A stretch of DNA of 61,350 bases, the filler included. It is 7 parts of 7 records of this genome, joined end to end, with 100 filler letters (N's around TTAATTAATTAA, not from the genome) between each part and the next. Parts side by side here need not be neighbours in the genome. Positions count along the whole stretch, not along the records: positions 13,156 to 21,928 come from SRR31147125_1324; positions 22,029 to 35,922 come from SRR31147125_1373; 5 more parts are not named here. One strand, given 5' to 3'. Below, in pieces: positions 20,277 to 30,840 of this stretch. The notes below the pieces were generated by a model, which worked only from the letters and a program-made list of their open reading frames with translations, searched no databases and was not told the origin of the DNA. Both the position numbers and the translations under genes were made by a program. Position 1 is the first letter of the stretch. Each line of letters begins with the position of its first letter.

Positions 20277-21740
20277 ATGAAAAAACTAGTTTTTATTATA
20301 ACTCTTGTACTTATGCTAACTTCATGTCAGTCTACACCAGAAGAGGCTATTGTTGTTCAAAAAAATGCTGAAAATAAAATTGAAAAAAACACTACAAAAA
20401 CAAGTGAAGAAAGTTCGGAATATTTAACAGATATATTAGATGCACCAAGTAATATCAAAAAGACTATGGAGTATCCTGAATATAACCTTGTAGTAAATAT
20501 TGATACAAATGTAGTGATTCCTAATGTTAAATCTATACCATTAATTGAAGTAGAAGCAAGTGAATTTTCGCAGGAGTTGGTAGATGGTTTCGTTAATTTT
20601 TTATTTGAAGATGAGCAAATTTATGATATTGATAGTGGAAAACAAGGTTTGATGACTAAAACAGACATAGAAAATGAAATAGTAAAGTTGGAGAGAATTA
20701 AACTAAACTATGAAGATAGTCCATCAGATCAGCAAGAGATTGAAGAAAAGATAGCTCTGCTTAAAAATGGATATAGTGTTGCACCAGACACAATACATAA
20801 TCATGAAAACATATCAAATGGCAAGCTTAAGATAATGAATGAACAAGACAACGGGTTAAACATAGAATACCAATATTATGGACTAAATATAGAGAACGAT
20901 GATGATTTAGACAAAAGGAAAATGCTAAATATAAATAATATAAAATATACTGATATTGAATCAGGGAACCTAAATAAGATAAACGCTTCTTTAATGTACA
21001 TCGACAATGAACAGTTTTTCAATAGTAACGCAAAAAAGCCTATAGTAGTGCATGATGGAATACAAATAGATTCTGATATTGAAGATAATTTAGGGATTTT
21101 ACCAAAAGAAGCAGAAGAATTAGTACTTGATATGTTAGCAAAGTCGGGTGTTGATTATATGAATTTGAAAAGAATTTATATTGTAGATGATGAGCAATTA
21201 GGAAATGTTGATGGAGTTATTTCAGAAGTAGAGAACTATGCGTATCAAATATGTTTTTCAAGAGTAGTTAATGAAATACCTTGTACATATGCACGGGGTA
21301 GTCAAATAAATATTGATGCAGGCGGATATGTACCTACTTGGAATTATGAAACTCTAGATATACGAATAAACAATAAAGGAATCTCTCATATTTTATGGAG
21401 AGCACCTATAAAAACAACAGGGATATTATCAGACAATGTGAAACTATTACCTTTTGAAGTTATTTTTGAAAAATTAGAGAATTATGTGGAGATGAAATAT
21501 TCCGAACTAAATAATGATGATAAAAAAATAACAATAGATATTGATCGCGTTGCACTTGAATATCAGCGTATGAAAATTGAGGATGGACAACATGGAACTG
21601 CAATGCTATCTCCAGTCTGGAATTTTTATGGGGTTGAAACTAAAGATTATAGCTGGACTGAATCGGAAAGTGATTTAAATTATTTAATATCAGTAAACGC
21701 CGTGGACGGAAGCATTTTTGATTCTGTAAAAGGATATTAA
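20277..21740 (+). CDS. DUF6034-like lipoprotein (second paralogue)
   Basis: LTSCQSTPEEAIVVQKN; C-terminal LSPVWNFYG...SVNAVDGSIFD; RBS AGGAGG. Confidence 0.78.
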   Translation: MKKLVFIITLVLMLTSCQSTPEEAIVVQKNAENKIEKNTTKTSEESSEYLTDILDAPSNIKKTMEYPEYNLVVNIDTNVVIPNVKSIPLIEVEASEFSQELVDGFVNFLFEDEQIYDIDSGKQGLMTKTDIENEIVKLERIKLNYEDSPSDQQEIEEKIALLKNGYSVAPDTIHNHENISNGKLKIMNEQDNGLNIEYQYYGLNIENDDDLDKRKMLNINNIKYTDIESGNLNKINASLMYIDNEQFFNSNAKKPIVVHDGIQIDSDIEDNLGILPKEAEELVLDMLAKSGVDYMNLKRIYIVDDEQLGNVDGVISEVENYAYQICFSRVVNEIPCTYARGSQINIDAGGYVPTWNYETLDIRINNKGISHILWRAPIKTTGILSDNVKLLPFEVIFEKLENYVEMKYSELNNDDKKITIDIDRVALEYQRMKIEDGQHGTAMLSPVWNFYGVETKDYSWTESESDLNYLISVNAVDGSIFDSVKGY

Positions 21741-21780
21741 AAAAAGTTTTTTCAACTATAAAATAGGAGGAAACAATATT

Positions 21781-21928
21781 ATGAGTATATTTAATAATAT
21801 TTTAAAAGCAGAAAGAAAGTTAGTGTTTATATTATGCGTAGCGCTAGTTTCGCTTTTTGTTTCTTGTCAGCATACACCTGAAGAAGAAGTTGTTTTTAGC
21901 AAAGGGAAAGAACAGCTTAAAGAAATGG
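21781..21928 (+). CDS. DUF6034-like lipoprotein (third paralogue), truncated by contig end
   Basis: FVSCQHTPEEEVVFSKG; RBS AGGAGG. Confidence 0.65.
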
Positions 21929-22028
21929 NNNNNNNNNNNNNNNNNNNNNNNNNNNNNNNNNNNNNNNNNNNNTTAATTAATTAANNNNNNNNNNNNNNNN
22001 NNNNNNNNNNNNNNNNNNNNNNNNNNNN
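21929..22028. other. Artificial contig spacer
   Basis: N44-TTAATTAATTAA-N44. Confidence 0.99.
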
Positions 22029-22298
22029 AAAAGAAATCCGACCATGCCCGGTCAAAAACACAAAAGGATAGGAAAAAAAGGATTCATCTCCTATCTCTAC
22101 CCGAACCTCATCCCTGGCAACATCCATATTCGTATTGGTCCGTAAAAAATCATGCATATTCGGTAAAATGGATGGATTGTTATACCAGTCTCCCCCGCCA
22201 CTGTATTTTAATCGTGCAATTTGAAACGGACCGGAAAAAGCCATTTCTGTAAACAACACCAGAAAACAAATAAAAAATTTTTTACGAAATTTGTTCAT
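22029..22298 (-). CDS. DUF4159 domain protein, truncated
   Basis: IARLKYSGGGDWYNNP...YPFVFLTGHG. Confidence 0.85.
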
Positions 22299-22330
22299 TT
22301 TCTAAAGGATCACATCACCTTTTTAAATTT

Positions 22331-22361
22331 AAAAAAAGCCGACCCGGAACGAGTCGACTTT
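22331..22361 (-). terminator. Intrinsic terminator after surA
   Basis: AAAGTCGACTCG-TTC-CGGGTCGGCTTTTTTT on the minus strand. Confidence 0.7.
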
Positions 22362-22385
22362 AGTAATCAAAGCGGTTTTATATAA

Positions 22386-23711
22386 TTACATTGTCAGATC
22401 ATTTACTTTAATATAAACATTTTGTCGCAGCTCATCCATCCACTTTTTATATTCTTTTTGCTTTTTATACTCAGTTGCCATCATTTCTATCCTGTCCCAG
22501 TCTTTTTCGATTGAGTATTCTCTGGCTTTATCTCTTGACAATAATTTAATAAGATGAAATCCAAATTTTGTTTTAACAGGTTCCGAGTACTCGCCCACAT
22601 CAATACCTTGAATGGCATATACCATTTCCTTTGCTGTTTCCCGAAGCCGGTCAATCTCATAATACCCCAGGTTGCCTTTAGCTTCTTTTGTGGATTCATC
22701 ATCTGAGTACTTTACGACGAGATCTTCAAATTTTGCTCCGTCTTGTAATTCCTGGTAAATAGCCTTAATTTTCTCTGCTGCAACAACTTCATCATCCGGT
22801 GACGGTTTGACAGAAATGAGGATATGTCGACAATGAACCTTCTCGCCTCGTCTCTCTTCAAGGCGTATGACATGATATCCATACTCGGTTAATACTATAT
22901 CAGAGACTTCCCCTGCTTCCAGATTAAACACAGCCTCTTCAAATTCTCTAACAAAATCGCCTCTGGACATGAATCCAAGATCTCCACCCTGAGCACCAGA
23001 TCCCGGATCTTCAGAATATTCTCTCGCCAGTTTTGCGAAATCCTCACCTTTTAATATTCTGTCTCGAATTGCGCTTATTTTTTCAAAAGCATCTTTTTTT
23101 GATGCCTCTCCGGGCTGTGCTTGAATAAGTATATGACTTATTTCAACACCTTCATTTCTGCTCCCAATGGAATCTTTCATTGTGCTAAAAAATTCGATGA
23201 CTTCTCGTCGTGTTACTTTGATATTCGCCATTTTATTATTTCGAACCGTTGTCGCTCTCAGATTTTTTTCTATCTGCTCTCGATTCGTTCGTCGAATTTT
23301 GGACATTGGCAATTTAAAATATTCTTCAACTTTATCCTGACCACCTAACTGTTGCGTTATATATTGCATCTGTTGCTGCAAGGACGCTTCCACCTGCTGT
23401 TCATTTGCTTCTATCGTATCTAACTCTGCCTGAATGAGTAAAATCTTTAAATCGATAAGATTGTCCAATGTGGTCTTTTGCAGTTTTTCGACTTCCTTTG
23501 GGTTCTTTTGCAGGTCTATACCCATTTGGATTGCAATTTGTTGCATTCCCTGTAACACTTCTGATTGCAGAATTATATCATCATCAACGACTGCTGCGAT
23601 TCTATCAATGACATTCTGGCTTAATCCTAAATTTACATTTATAAAGAATAAAAGAAAAAGGACCAGATTTACTCTTTTTATTCTACACATATTAGTAATC
23701 CTATTTTTCAT
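22386..23711 (-). CDS. surA: SurA-like chaperone with two parvulin PPIase domains
   Basis: IDRIAAVVDDDIILQS; SHILI, FAKLAREYSEDPGS..GGDLGF, TEYGYHVI; second rotamase domain. Confidence 0.88.
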   Translation of the reverse strand: MKNRITNMCRIKRVNLVLFLLFFINVNLGLSQNVIDRIAAVVDDDIILQSEVLQGMQQIAIQMGIDLQKNPKEVEKLQKTTLDNLIDLKILLIQAELDTIEANEQQVEASLQQQMQYITQQLGGQDKVEEYFKLPMSKIRRTNREQIEKNLRATTVRNNKMANIKVTRREVIEFFSTMKDSIGSRNEGVEISHILIQAQPGEASKKDAFEKISAIRDRILKGEDFAKLAREYSEDPGSGAQGGDLGFMSRGDFVREFEEAVFNLEAGEVSDIVLTEYGYHVIRLEERRGEKVHCRHILISVKPSPDDEVVAAEKIKAIYQELQDGAKFEDLVVKYSDDESTKEAKGNLGYYEIDRLRETAKEMVYAIQGIDVGEYSEPVKTKFGFHLIKLLSRDKAREYSIEKDWDRIEMMATEYKKQKEYKKWMDELRQNVYIKVNDLTM

Positions 23712-23746
23712 TTTTGGAATGTCTTTTTAATTCTTAGATTGTTTTT

Positions 23747-24607
23747 TTAAAATAATAATGAATCTGCTAAACTTTTTTGTATTGTAACCCAATCTGTCGT
23801 TATATCAACCTGTTTACTAAGAGTCGACACTAATTTATTATACTTTTGTTCTCTTTTCAAGGACATTAATCTCATCATAATAATATCCTGTACTTCTTCC
23901 AGAGTTTGAACTTCACCCTTCTTTCGCTTATCCATAACTTGTACAAGATGATAACCTACTTCTGATTTAATCGGGGATGAGACGGTTTCTATTCTCAAGG
24001 ATGGTATTTTTTTTGCCAATGTGGGAGATAAATTATTCAAGGATATCCATCCCAAATCCCCACCCTGTTCTTTGCTTGCATCCAGCGAATGAGCTTTGGC
24101 AATTTCTGAAAATTCTTCACCCGTTACAATTCGCGTTCTTAACTTGTTCGCTTCACTATAGGAATTAGCTAAAATGATGCGAACATAAAATAAATCTTCC
24201 GCTCTTATAAAATTATCAGAATTCTCTTTATAAAATTGATTTATTTCAGTGGTATCAACACGGACAGATCGATCTATTTTTATATCAAGGTACTTGGCAA
24301 TAAAAAATTCTCTTCTCATCTGTTGCAGCTGTTTTGTAAAATCTGGCTGCGATTTAAGATTGCTTTTTAATGCTTCCTGGTAAACAAGCTCATTTTCAAC
24401 CCATTGTCGAACAAGTTGTTCAATTTGCACCCGTGTTATTTTAACCATTGGACTGCCTGGAAGCTGAGCTTTCATGTCATTCAATGTTAATTTGGATTTA
24501 CCAACCTGAGCAATGACGGGTGAGGTATCCTTTCTTTCAGTACTACAAAAATTATTTAAAAAGAAAACAGGTATTAAACACAAAATTAATACTTTTTTAA
24601 TATACAT
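23747..24607 (-). CDS. PpiC-type peptidyl-prolyl isomerase (PrsA/foldase-like)
   Basis: FSEIAKAHSLD..GGDLGW...SEVGYHLV. Confidence 0.85.
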   Translation of the reverse strand: MYIKKVLILCLIPVFFLNNFCSTERKDTSPVIAQVGKSKLTLNDMKAQLPGSPMVKITRVQIEQLVRQWVENELVYQEALKSNLKSQPDFTKQLQQMRREFFIAKYLDIKIDRSVRVDTTEINQFYKENSDNFIRAEDLFYVRIILANSYSEANKLRTRIVTGEEFSEIAKAHSLDASKEQGGDLGWISLNNLSPTLAKKIPSLRIETVSSPIKSEVGYHLVQVMDKRKKGEVQTLEEVQDIIMMRLMSLKREQKYNKLVSTLSKQVDITTDWVTIQKSLADSLLF

Positions 24608-24793
24608 AGCAGCTAAAAACCTTTTTAACGAATATTAAATAAAGAGGATAAGGACGTGACGTCTTATATCTTTATATTTTACACATTAAATATAAACATT
24701 TAATATTATTATACTTAAGCAATTTTTACGTTATTTACAATATAATCACGCCTATCTATTTGATTTATATTAAATAATCTTAAATTTAATCAT

Positions 24794-27700
24794 TTAATTA
24801 ATACTTTGCAAGAACTTTTTAGCGCATTCCAGATGGTCACTTTTTTTGGGAACATTGAACTCAAATGCCAAATTTTCATCCTCTTGTAATAGTTCAATGG
24901 ATTCACTGGCTTTCTGAACAATTCTACCTATCCAGGGTCGAAATTGTTCCCCTTTTGGCATTAACACCTTGTCAAATTTGCAATGGATCTTACCGTTCTT
25001 AAATTTAATTTCATCTATAAAAATATGTTGTGATAATATTTTTAGAGAAACGTAATTAACAAGGTTCTCTGCCTGACCTGGTAACGGACCGAATCGGTCT
25101 ATTAATTCATTTTTCAATATATCTATTTTTTCATACTCTTTCGTCTCAATCAATCGCTTGTAAATATCGACTCTTTCTGATGGAGACGACACATAGTCTT
25201 TTGGCAGATAGGCGTCAACATTCAACTCTATTTTAGTATCGATTTTTTCTTTTTCAATCTTTTCAGAATCAGCGGTTAAAATATTCAATTCATTTTTCAA
25301 CTCGTGAATAGCTTCTTCAATTATTTTTGCATATAAATCATAGCCTAATGCATCTACAAATCCGCTCTGCTTGGCTCCAAAAACATTTCCCGCACCTCTG
25401 ATTTCCAGATCCCGCATAGCAATTTGGTACCCGGAACCGAGATGGGTATATTCCTGAATTGTTTGCAGACGCTTTATCGATTCCCTTTTAAGCTTTCGCA
25501 TTGGTGGAATAAGTAAATATGCAAAAGCCTGATGATTAGCCCTGCCGACTCTTCCTCGAAGTTGATATAGTTGCGATAATCCAAAACTCTCAGCTTTATT
25601 GACAATAAGAGTGTTTGCGTTTGGCAAATCCAATCCGGACTCAATAATCATTGTGCACACCAGACATTGAATATGACCCTTTGTAAAGTCCACCATAACG
25701 CGTTCAAGATCCTTTGGTTTCATTTGTCCGTGTGCTACTCCAAATGTCACTTCTGGTAAAATATCGCGCAAAAGTTTTAGAATCGCATATATTGTCTGTA
25801 CTCTGTTATGAACAAAGAACACCTGACCTCCCCGGTCAATTTCTTTTAGTATAATTTCTCTAATAAAATCCCGATCAAAACGACAGACCTCTGTTTTTAT
25901 GGGTAATCGATTCCCTGGTGGTGTATTAATTGTGGATATGTCCTTAGCCCCGATCAATGCCATATGCATTGTGCGTGGAATAGGCGTGGCAGACAAAGAC
26001 AGCGTATCAACGGTTTCCTTTAACAGTTTTAACTTTTCTTTGTGCAATACGCCAAATTTTTGTTCTTCATCTATAATAAGTAAACCAATATCTTTAAATT
26101 TCACGTCCTTTGATATCAGACGGTGCGTACCAACAATTAAATCAATCTGGCCTTTTGACAGCCTTTCCAATATTTCTTTTTGTTCTTTTGAGCTTTTAAA
26201 GCGGGATAACGTACTGACAGTAACAGGAAAAGACTTGAAGCGCTCACAAAATGTTTCATAATGTTGTTGTGCTAATACGGTTGTAGGGACAAGGACAGCC
26301 ACTTGTTTGCCATCATTAATGGCCTTGAATGAGGCACGAATAGCAACCTCTGTTTTTCCAAAACCAACATCCCCGCATACAAGACGATCCATAGGAATCG
26401 GCTTTTCCATATCCTTTTTAATCTCATTTGTAGCGGTTAATTGATCTGCTGTTTCTTCAAAAGCAAAGGACGCTTCTAATTCCTCCTGCCAAACCGTGTC
26501 TGGGGAAAAGCTGTGCCCTGTTCTTATCTTTCTTGTCGCGTAGAGCTTTATCAGTTGAGCAGCAATCTCCTTCACTCTTTTTTTCGTTTTTATTTTTAAC
26601 TTTTGCCAATCTGTAGAACCTAATTTAGTAAGAGTGGGGCTTGCGCCTTCCCTGGAAGAGTATTTTTGAATTCGATCCATTTTTTCAAGAGGAACATAGA
26701 GTGTATCCCTATCCTTATACTCTATGACCACACACTCTCTCTCTTTACCCAGCGCTTTTATGGATTTCAGTCCTTTATAAATACCAATACCATAATCCGC
26801 ATGAACGACAAAATCACCCCTTTTTAGAGCGGACAATTCTTTAAAAGCTATTTTTCTGGTTTCAATTCGACTTTGCTTAGGCAACCGAACCCGGCCAAAA
26901 AGTTCTTTATTTGTAAAAACAAAAACATTGTCATCAAAAGATTGAAAACCCTCAGCCATATTCAATGTATCTACCTTAACATTCAGGTAGATATTTTCCT
27001 GTTCGAATAAGTGCTGTATTCTTTTTGTCTGAGCTTCAGATTCACATAAAACAGCGATGAAAGGCTCTGAGGAATTATCAGAATTAATTTTTACAACTCT
27101 TTCAAGATGTTCAAAAAAGAGCTTAAAATTACCGCCAAAATGAGTATTTCTCTGATAATCAAATTCAATCAGATTGTTTTCGATTGTCTTTATGGATAAA
27201 AATTTCAGTTTATTAAAAGTATCCACTTTTTCTTGAAGCGAGGTGGTACCGAAATAGTAATCATTAAACAAAATATTCTCATTTAATTTATGCTCTTTTG
27301 AAAATGACTCTATTCTAATGGAAATATCTTTACAAAAATCTTCTATCGAATTTAAAAAAAGCGAATAATCAAAAAAACAAAGGGTGGAATCACTTTTTAC
27401 AAAATCCAGCAAGGAGCTTTCAAGTGACAGCATATTTTGCGGATGTTCATCAAAAGGGCCATACAATCCCACAGCACTGATCGGTAAAAGTTCTAATACA
27501 TTAATTCTTTTAATGGACTTTTGGTTTTCAACATCAAATTCTCTAATAGATTCGATTTCGTCACCAAAAAATTCGATCCGATATGGATTCACACCTTCGA
27601 ACAAATAGATATCAATAATGCCGCCGCGTACGCTAAATTCACCCGGTCGGTCTACATTTGATTCCCGAGTATAGCCATACTCCACAACCTTTTCTATCAG

Positions 27701-28162
27701 ATTTTTAAAATCGTATTCCAACCCCACTGACAGTTCAATTTTAATTGTCCTGACATTATCAGGAGAGGCAACTTTTTCACACAAGGCAGCCGCGCAGGTA
27801 ACGACAATCTGGTGATCGTCTTGCAACAGCCTTTTTAGAGTCGCTGTTTTTTTACCAACATCTACACCGGAAGGCCCCAATTCATTCCATGCTTTGCGAC
27901 CACTTGCCGGAAAATAAACAACTTTCTGCTCTCCAACCAGCTCTGTTAAATCTGTATAAAATTGAATAGCATCATTTTGATCAGGAAGGATATATACGGC
28001 ATCTTTTGAAAGATTTTTAAATAACAAGGAAGACAAAATAGCTCGCGAGCAACCCACAACACCTGAAACTGACACATCGGATTGATTCTCATTAATTGCC
28101 TTGACTAAGCTTAAATAAGACGAACTCAAGGACAACCTTTTTTCCAGCATACTAGTTATCAC
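24794..28162 (-). CDS. mfd: Transcription-repair coupling factor
   Basis: GEFSVRGGIIDI, CarD-like domain, DRLVCGDVGFGKTEVA, DEEQKFGV, QLRGRVGR, DLEIRGAGN, TRCF domain. Confidence 0.98.
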   Translation of the reverse strand: MITSMLEKRLSLSSSYLSLVKAINENQSDVSVSGVVGCSRAILSSLLFKNLSKDAVYILPDQNDAIQFYTDLTELVGEQKVVYFPASGRKAWNELGPSGVDVGKKTATLKRLLQDDHQIVVTCAAALCEKVASPDNVRTIKIELSVGLEYDFKNLIEKVVEYGYTRESNVDRPGEFSVRGGIIDIYLFEGVNPYRIEFFGDEIESIREFDVENQKSIKRINVLELLPISAVGLYGPFDEHPQNMLSLESSLLDFVKSDSTLCFFDYSLFLNSIEDFCKDISIRIESFSKEHKLNENILFNDYYFGTTSLQEKVDTFNKLKFLSIKTIENNLIEFDYQRNTHFGGNFKLFFEHLERVVKINSDNSSEPFIAVLCESEAQTKRIQHLFEQENIYLNVKVDTLNMAEGFQSFDDNVFVFTNKELFGRVRLPKQSRIETRKIAFKELSALKRGDFVVHADYGIGIYKGLKSIKALGKERECVVIEYKDRDTLYVPLEKMDRIQKYSSREGASPTLTKLGSTDWQKLKIKTKKRVKEIAAQLIKLYATRKIRTGHSFSPDTVWQEELEASFAFEETADQLTATNEIKKDMEKPIPMDRLVCGDVGFGKTEVAIRASFKAINDGKQVAVLVPTTVLAQQHYETFCERFKSFPVTVSTLSRFKSSKEQKEILERLSKGQIDLIVGTHRLISKDVKFKDIGLLIIDEEQKFGVLHKEKLKLLKETVDTLSLSATPIPRTMHMALIGAKDISTINTPPGNRLPIKTEVCRFDRDFIREIILKEIDRGGQVFFVHNRVQTIYAILKLLRDILPEVTFGVAHGQMKPKDLERVMVDFTKGHIQCLVCTMIIESGLDLPNANTLIVNKAESFGLSQLYQLRGRVGRANHQAFAYLLIPPMRKLKRESIKRLQTIQEYTHLGSGYQIAMRDLEIRGAGNVFGAKQSGFVDALGYDLYAKIIEEAIHELKNELNILTADSEKIEKEKIDTKIELNVDAYLPKDYVSSPSERVDIYKRLIETKEYEKIDILKNELIDRFGPLPGQAENLVNYVSLKILSQHIFIDEIKFKNGKIHCKFDKVLMPKGEQFRPWIGRIVQKASESIELLQEDENLAFEFNVPKKSDHLECAKKFLQSIN

Positions 28163-28218
28163 GCTCTATCACCTATACACAACATTATTTATTCTTGAAC
28201 AATTTATATCAGAACAAT

Positions 28219-28869
28219 TTACCTCTCTACGACAAGAATTTTTTTATCCTTTTCGTTGTCAAAACTATCACTATAAAGCGGCTTTACATGGACACGATGA
28301 TCAGGAAATTTCTTATATAACTCATCTAATTCATCATCAATATTTCCACCCTTAATTACTACGAGCTTGCCCTTTTCTGCTAACAAGGCCCTGCTCCACT
28401 GCCACAATGTGGCTAACCTGGCCACTGCCCGTGACATGACAATATCATAATCGGGTCTACTATCTTTAAGAGAATAATTTTCGACTCTATCGCAAACAAC
28501 ATTAACCTGAGTTAAATTTAATTGATCAATGACTTCTTGCAGGAAAAGAGTTTTAATCCTCTTTGAATCAAGTAAGGTAATAAATATAGAAGGATTTAAA
28601 ATCCTCACTGGAATGCCAGGCAAACCAGCACCGGTTCCCAGATCCAGAACCGTTTTATTTTCAAAAGAAAGGGCGTTCCTGCCAAAAGCCAGTGATTCTT
28701 TGATATGTCGTGTGGCTATCCTTTTCACATCCCCTTTTGATACCAAATTTGTACGTGTACTCCACTCTTCTATTAACTCTATATATCGTGAAAAAAGATC
28801 AATTTGTTCTTTTGTTAAATTCCATTCTGCGGCATTTTTTTTCAGGGACTCTCTGTTTTCTAAAAACAT
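28219..28869 (-). CDS. rsmG: 16S rRNA m7G527 methyltransferase
   Basis: NLVS, RHIKESL, LDLGTGAGLPGIP, LDSKRIK, SRAVA. Confidence 0.95.
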   Translation of the reverse strand: MFLENRESLKKNAAEWNLTKEQIDLFSRYIELIEEWSTRTNLVSKGDVKRIATRHIKESLAFGRNALSFENKTVLDLGTGAGLPGIPVRILNPSIFITLLDSKRIKTLFLQEVIDQLNLTQVNVVCDRVENYSLKDSRPDYDIVMSRAVARLATLWQWSRALLAEKGKLVVIKGGNIDDELDELYKKFPDHRVHVKPLYSDSFDNEKDKKILVVER

Positions 28870-28872
28870 TTT

Positions 28873-30777
28873 TTATTTATATGTTTCACGTGAAACATTC
28901 CTCTTCTTTGATTTGTGTAAATAGATCATTAAAATACTTATATCTGATGCAGAAACACCAAGAATTCTCGAGGCCTGGCCTAAGGTTCGTGGTTGAATTG
29001 TTTTCAACTTTTCTCTGCCTTCAAAAGACACAGAATTTAATACAGAATAATCAAATTGCTCAGGAATGGATAGATCTTCCAGTTCTTTCATTTTTTTGAT
29101 TTGTTCTTTCTGTCTGTCTATAAAACCACTATACTTTATTTCAATTTCAACCTGATTCTGAACGAGTGACCAAAAACGGTCTTTATTTGAGAAAAGCTCT
29201 TTATTATTCAAACTCTCAAAACCCATCAGCGACACTTCAGGCCTTTTTAATATATGTGCTAATGTTTCCGATTCCTTCAGCAAACTGGACCCCCGTTTCT
29301 CTAATATTGAATTTATCTCTGTAATGGGTGGTCTGTATTTATGTAAATCGGCAATGGATTGTTTTATGCACTCCCTCCTTTTTTCCATATCCTCATATGT
29401 CGGAGTATCAATCAATCCGTACTTGTGACCATAAGCCATGAGCCTCAGATCAGCATTATCTTGCCTTAATAAAAGTCGATATTCTGCCAGGGAGGTAAAC
29501 ATTCTATAAGGTTCATGCAATTCTTTTGTAACCAGATCATCTAACAATACACCAATATAAGCTTCTGATCGATCCAAAATAAAAGGTTCCTGATGGCGTA
29601 ATTTAAGAACCGCGTTTATGCCAGCCATTAAGCCTTGTGCAGCGGCCTCTTCATAACCGGATGTACCATTAATCTGACCAGCCGTATAAAGATGTTCTAT
29701 TATCTTTGTTTCCAGGGTAGGCTTTAACTGATGAGGCGGAAAATAATCATATTCTATTGCATAACCAAGACGGGTTATTTGCGCCTTTTCAAGTCCGGGA
29801 ATCGAGTGCAAAGCCTTTAGCTGAATATCTTCAGGCAAGCTGGTCGCAAAACCGTTCATATAATATTCATTGGTATCCTTGCCTTCCGGCTCCATAAATA
29901 TCTGATGAGATTCTTTATCAGAAAATCGATGAATTTTATCCTCTATGGAAGGACAATAACGTGGACCAATACCCTGAATAACTCCCGCATAAAGAGGAGA
30001 TCTGTCCAATCCGGATCTTAAAATATCATGGGTTTTTAGGTTAGTTTTTGTTAAATAACACGGTAAAGGATCAATATCAATCTTTTCATGTTTGTGAGAA
30101 AACGGTGTTGGATTCTCATCCCCATATTGAATTTGCATGGAATCAAAATCGACTGTTCTCCCGTCAATCCGTGGCGGTGTACCTGTTTTCAGTCGACCAA
30201 CTTTAAAACCGTAATTTTTCAACTGAGCGGACAAACCCGTAGAGGCGAGTTCACCAGACCTGCCGCCTGAATAATGAGTCAAACCAACATGAATCAATCC
30301 ATTCAAAAATGTACCGGAACAGATGATAACTGCTCCTGTCATTATGCGAGTACCAACGTCGGTGATGATCCCTGTTATCTTTGAATCTTGAATAATTAAT
30401 TCTTTTATGTCATGTTGCCGTATAAAAAGATTATCCTGATATTCCAGCACGTTTCGCATTTGCAGAGAGTATTGCATTCTATCATTTTGTGAGCGTGGCG
30501 ACCATACTGACGGTCCTTTTGACATATTTAACATTTTGAACTGTATTCCGGTGTTATCAGCAATAACGCCCATTTCTCCACCAAGCGCATCTATCTCTTT
30601 TACAAGGTGCCCTTTTGCCAGCCCACCAATGGCCGGGTTACAGGACATCTGCGCAATTGTAAAAATATTCATGGACATCAATAACGTTTTTGCACCCATC
30701 CTGGCACAGGCTAACGCCGCTTCACACCCAGCATGTCCACCTCCTATTACTATAATATCGTATTTATTCTCTTCCAT
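28873..30777 (-). CDS. mnmG: tRNA U34 carboxymethylaminomethyl modification enzyme MnmG/GidA
   Basis: [54 protein letters not shown]. Confidence 0.99.
   Translation of the reverse strand: MEENKYDIIVIGGGHAGCEAALACARMGAKTLLMSMNIFTIAQMSCNPAIGGLAKGHLVKEIDALGGEMGVIADNTGIQFKMLNMSKGPSVWSPRSQNDRMQYSLQMRNVLEYQDNLFIRQHDIKELIIQDSKITGIITDVGTRIMTGAVIICSGTFLNGLIHVGLTHYSGGRSGELASTGLSAQLKNYGFKVGRLKTGTPPRIDGRTVDFDSMQIQYGDENPTPFSHKHEKIDIDPLPCYLTKTNLKTHDILRSGLDRSPLYAGVIQGIGPRYCPSIEDKIHRFSDKESHQIFMEPEGKDTNEYYMNGFATSLPEDIQLKALHSIPGLEKAQITRLGYAIEYDYFPPHQLKPTLETKIIEHLYTAGQINGTSGYEEAAAQGLMAGINAVLKLRHQEPFILDRSEAYIGVLLDDLVTKELHEPYRMFTSLAEYRLLLRQDNADLRLMAYGHKYGLIDTPTYEDMEKRRECIKQSIADLHKYRPPITEINSILEKRGSSLLKESETLAHILKRPEVSLMGFESLNNKELFSNKDRFWSLVQNQVEIEIKYSGFIDRQKEQIKKMKELEDLSIPEQFDYSVLNSVSFEGREKLKTIQPRTLGQASRILGVSASDISILMIYLHKSKKRNVSRETYK
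28882..28897. other. parS: parS centromere-like site (perfect palindrome) inside the 3' end of mnmG
   Basis: TGTTTCACGTGAAACA, the canonical parS consensus. Confidence 0.9.
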
Positions 30778-30822
30778 AATCCTACCATGATTGTCATATT
30801 CTACATCAGCTTTAGGACCTGA

Positions 30823-30838
30823 TGTTCCACGTGAAACA
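30823..30838. other. parS: Second parS site, between mnmE and mnmG
   Basis: TGTTCCACGTGAAACA, a common one-position variant. Confidence 0.88.
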
Positions 30839-30840
30839 TT

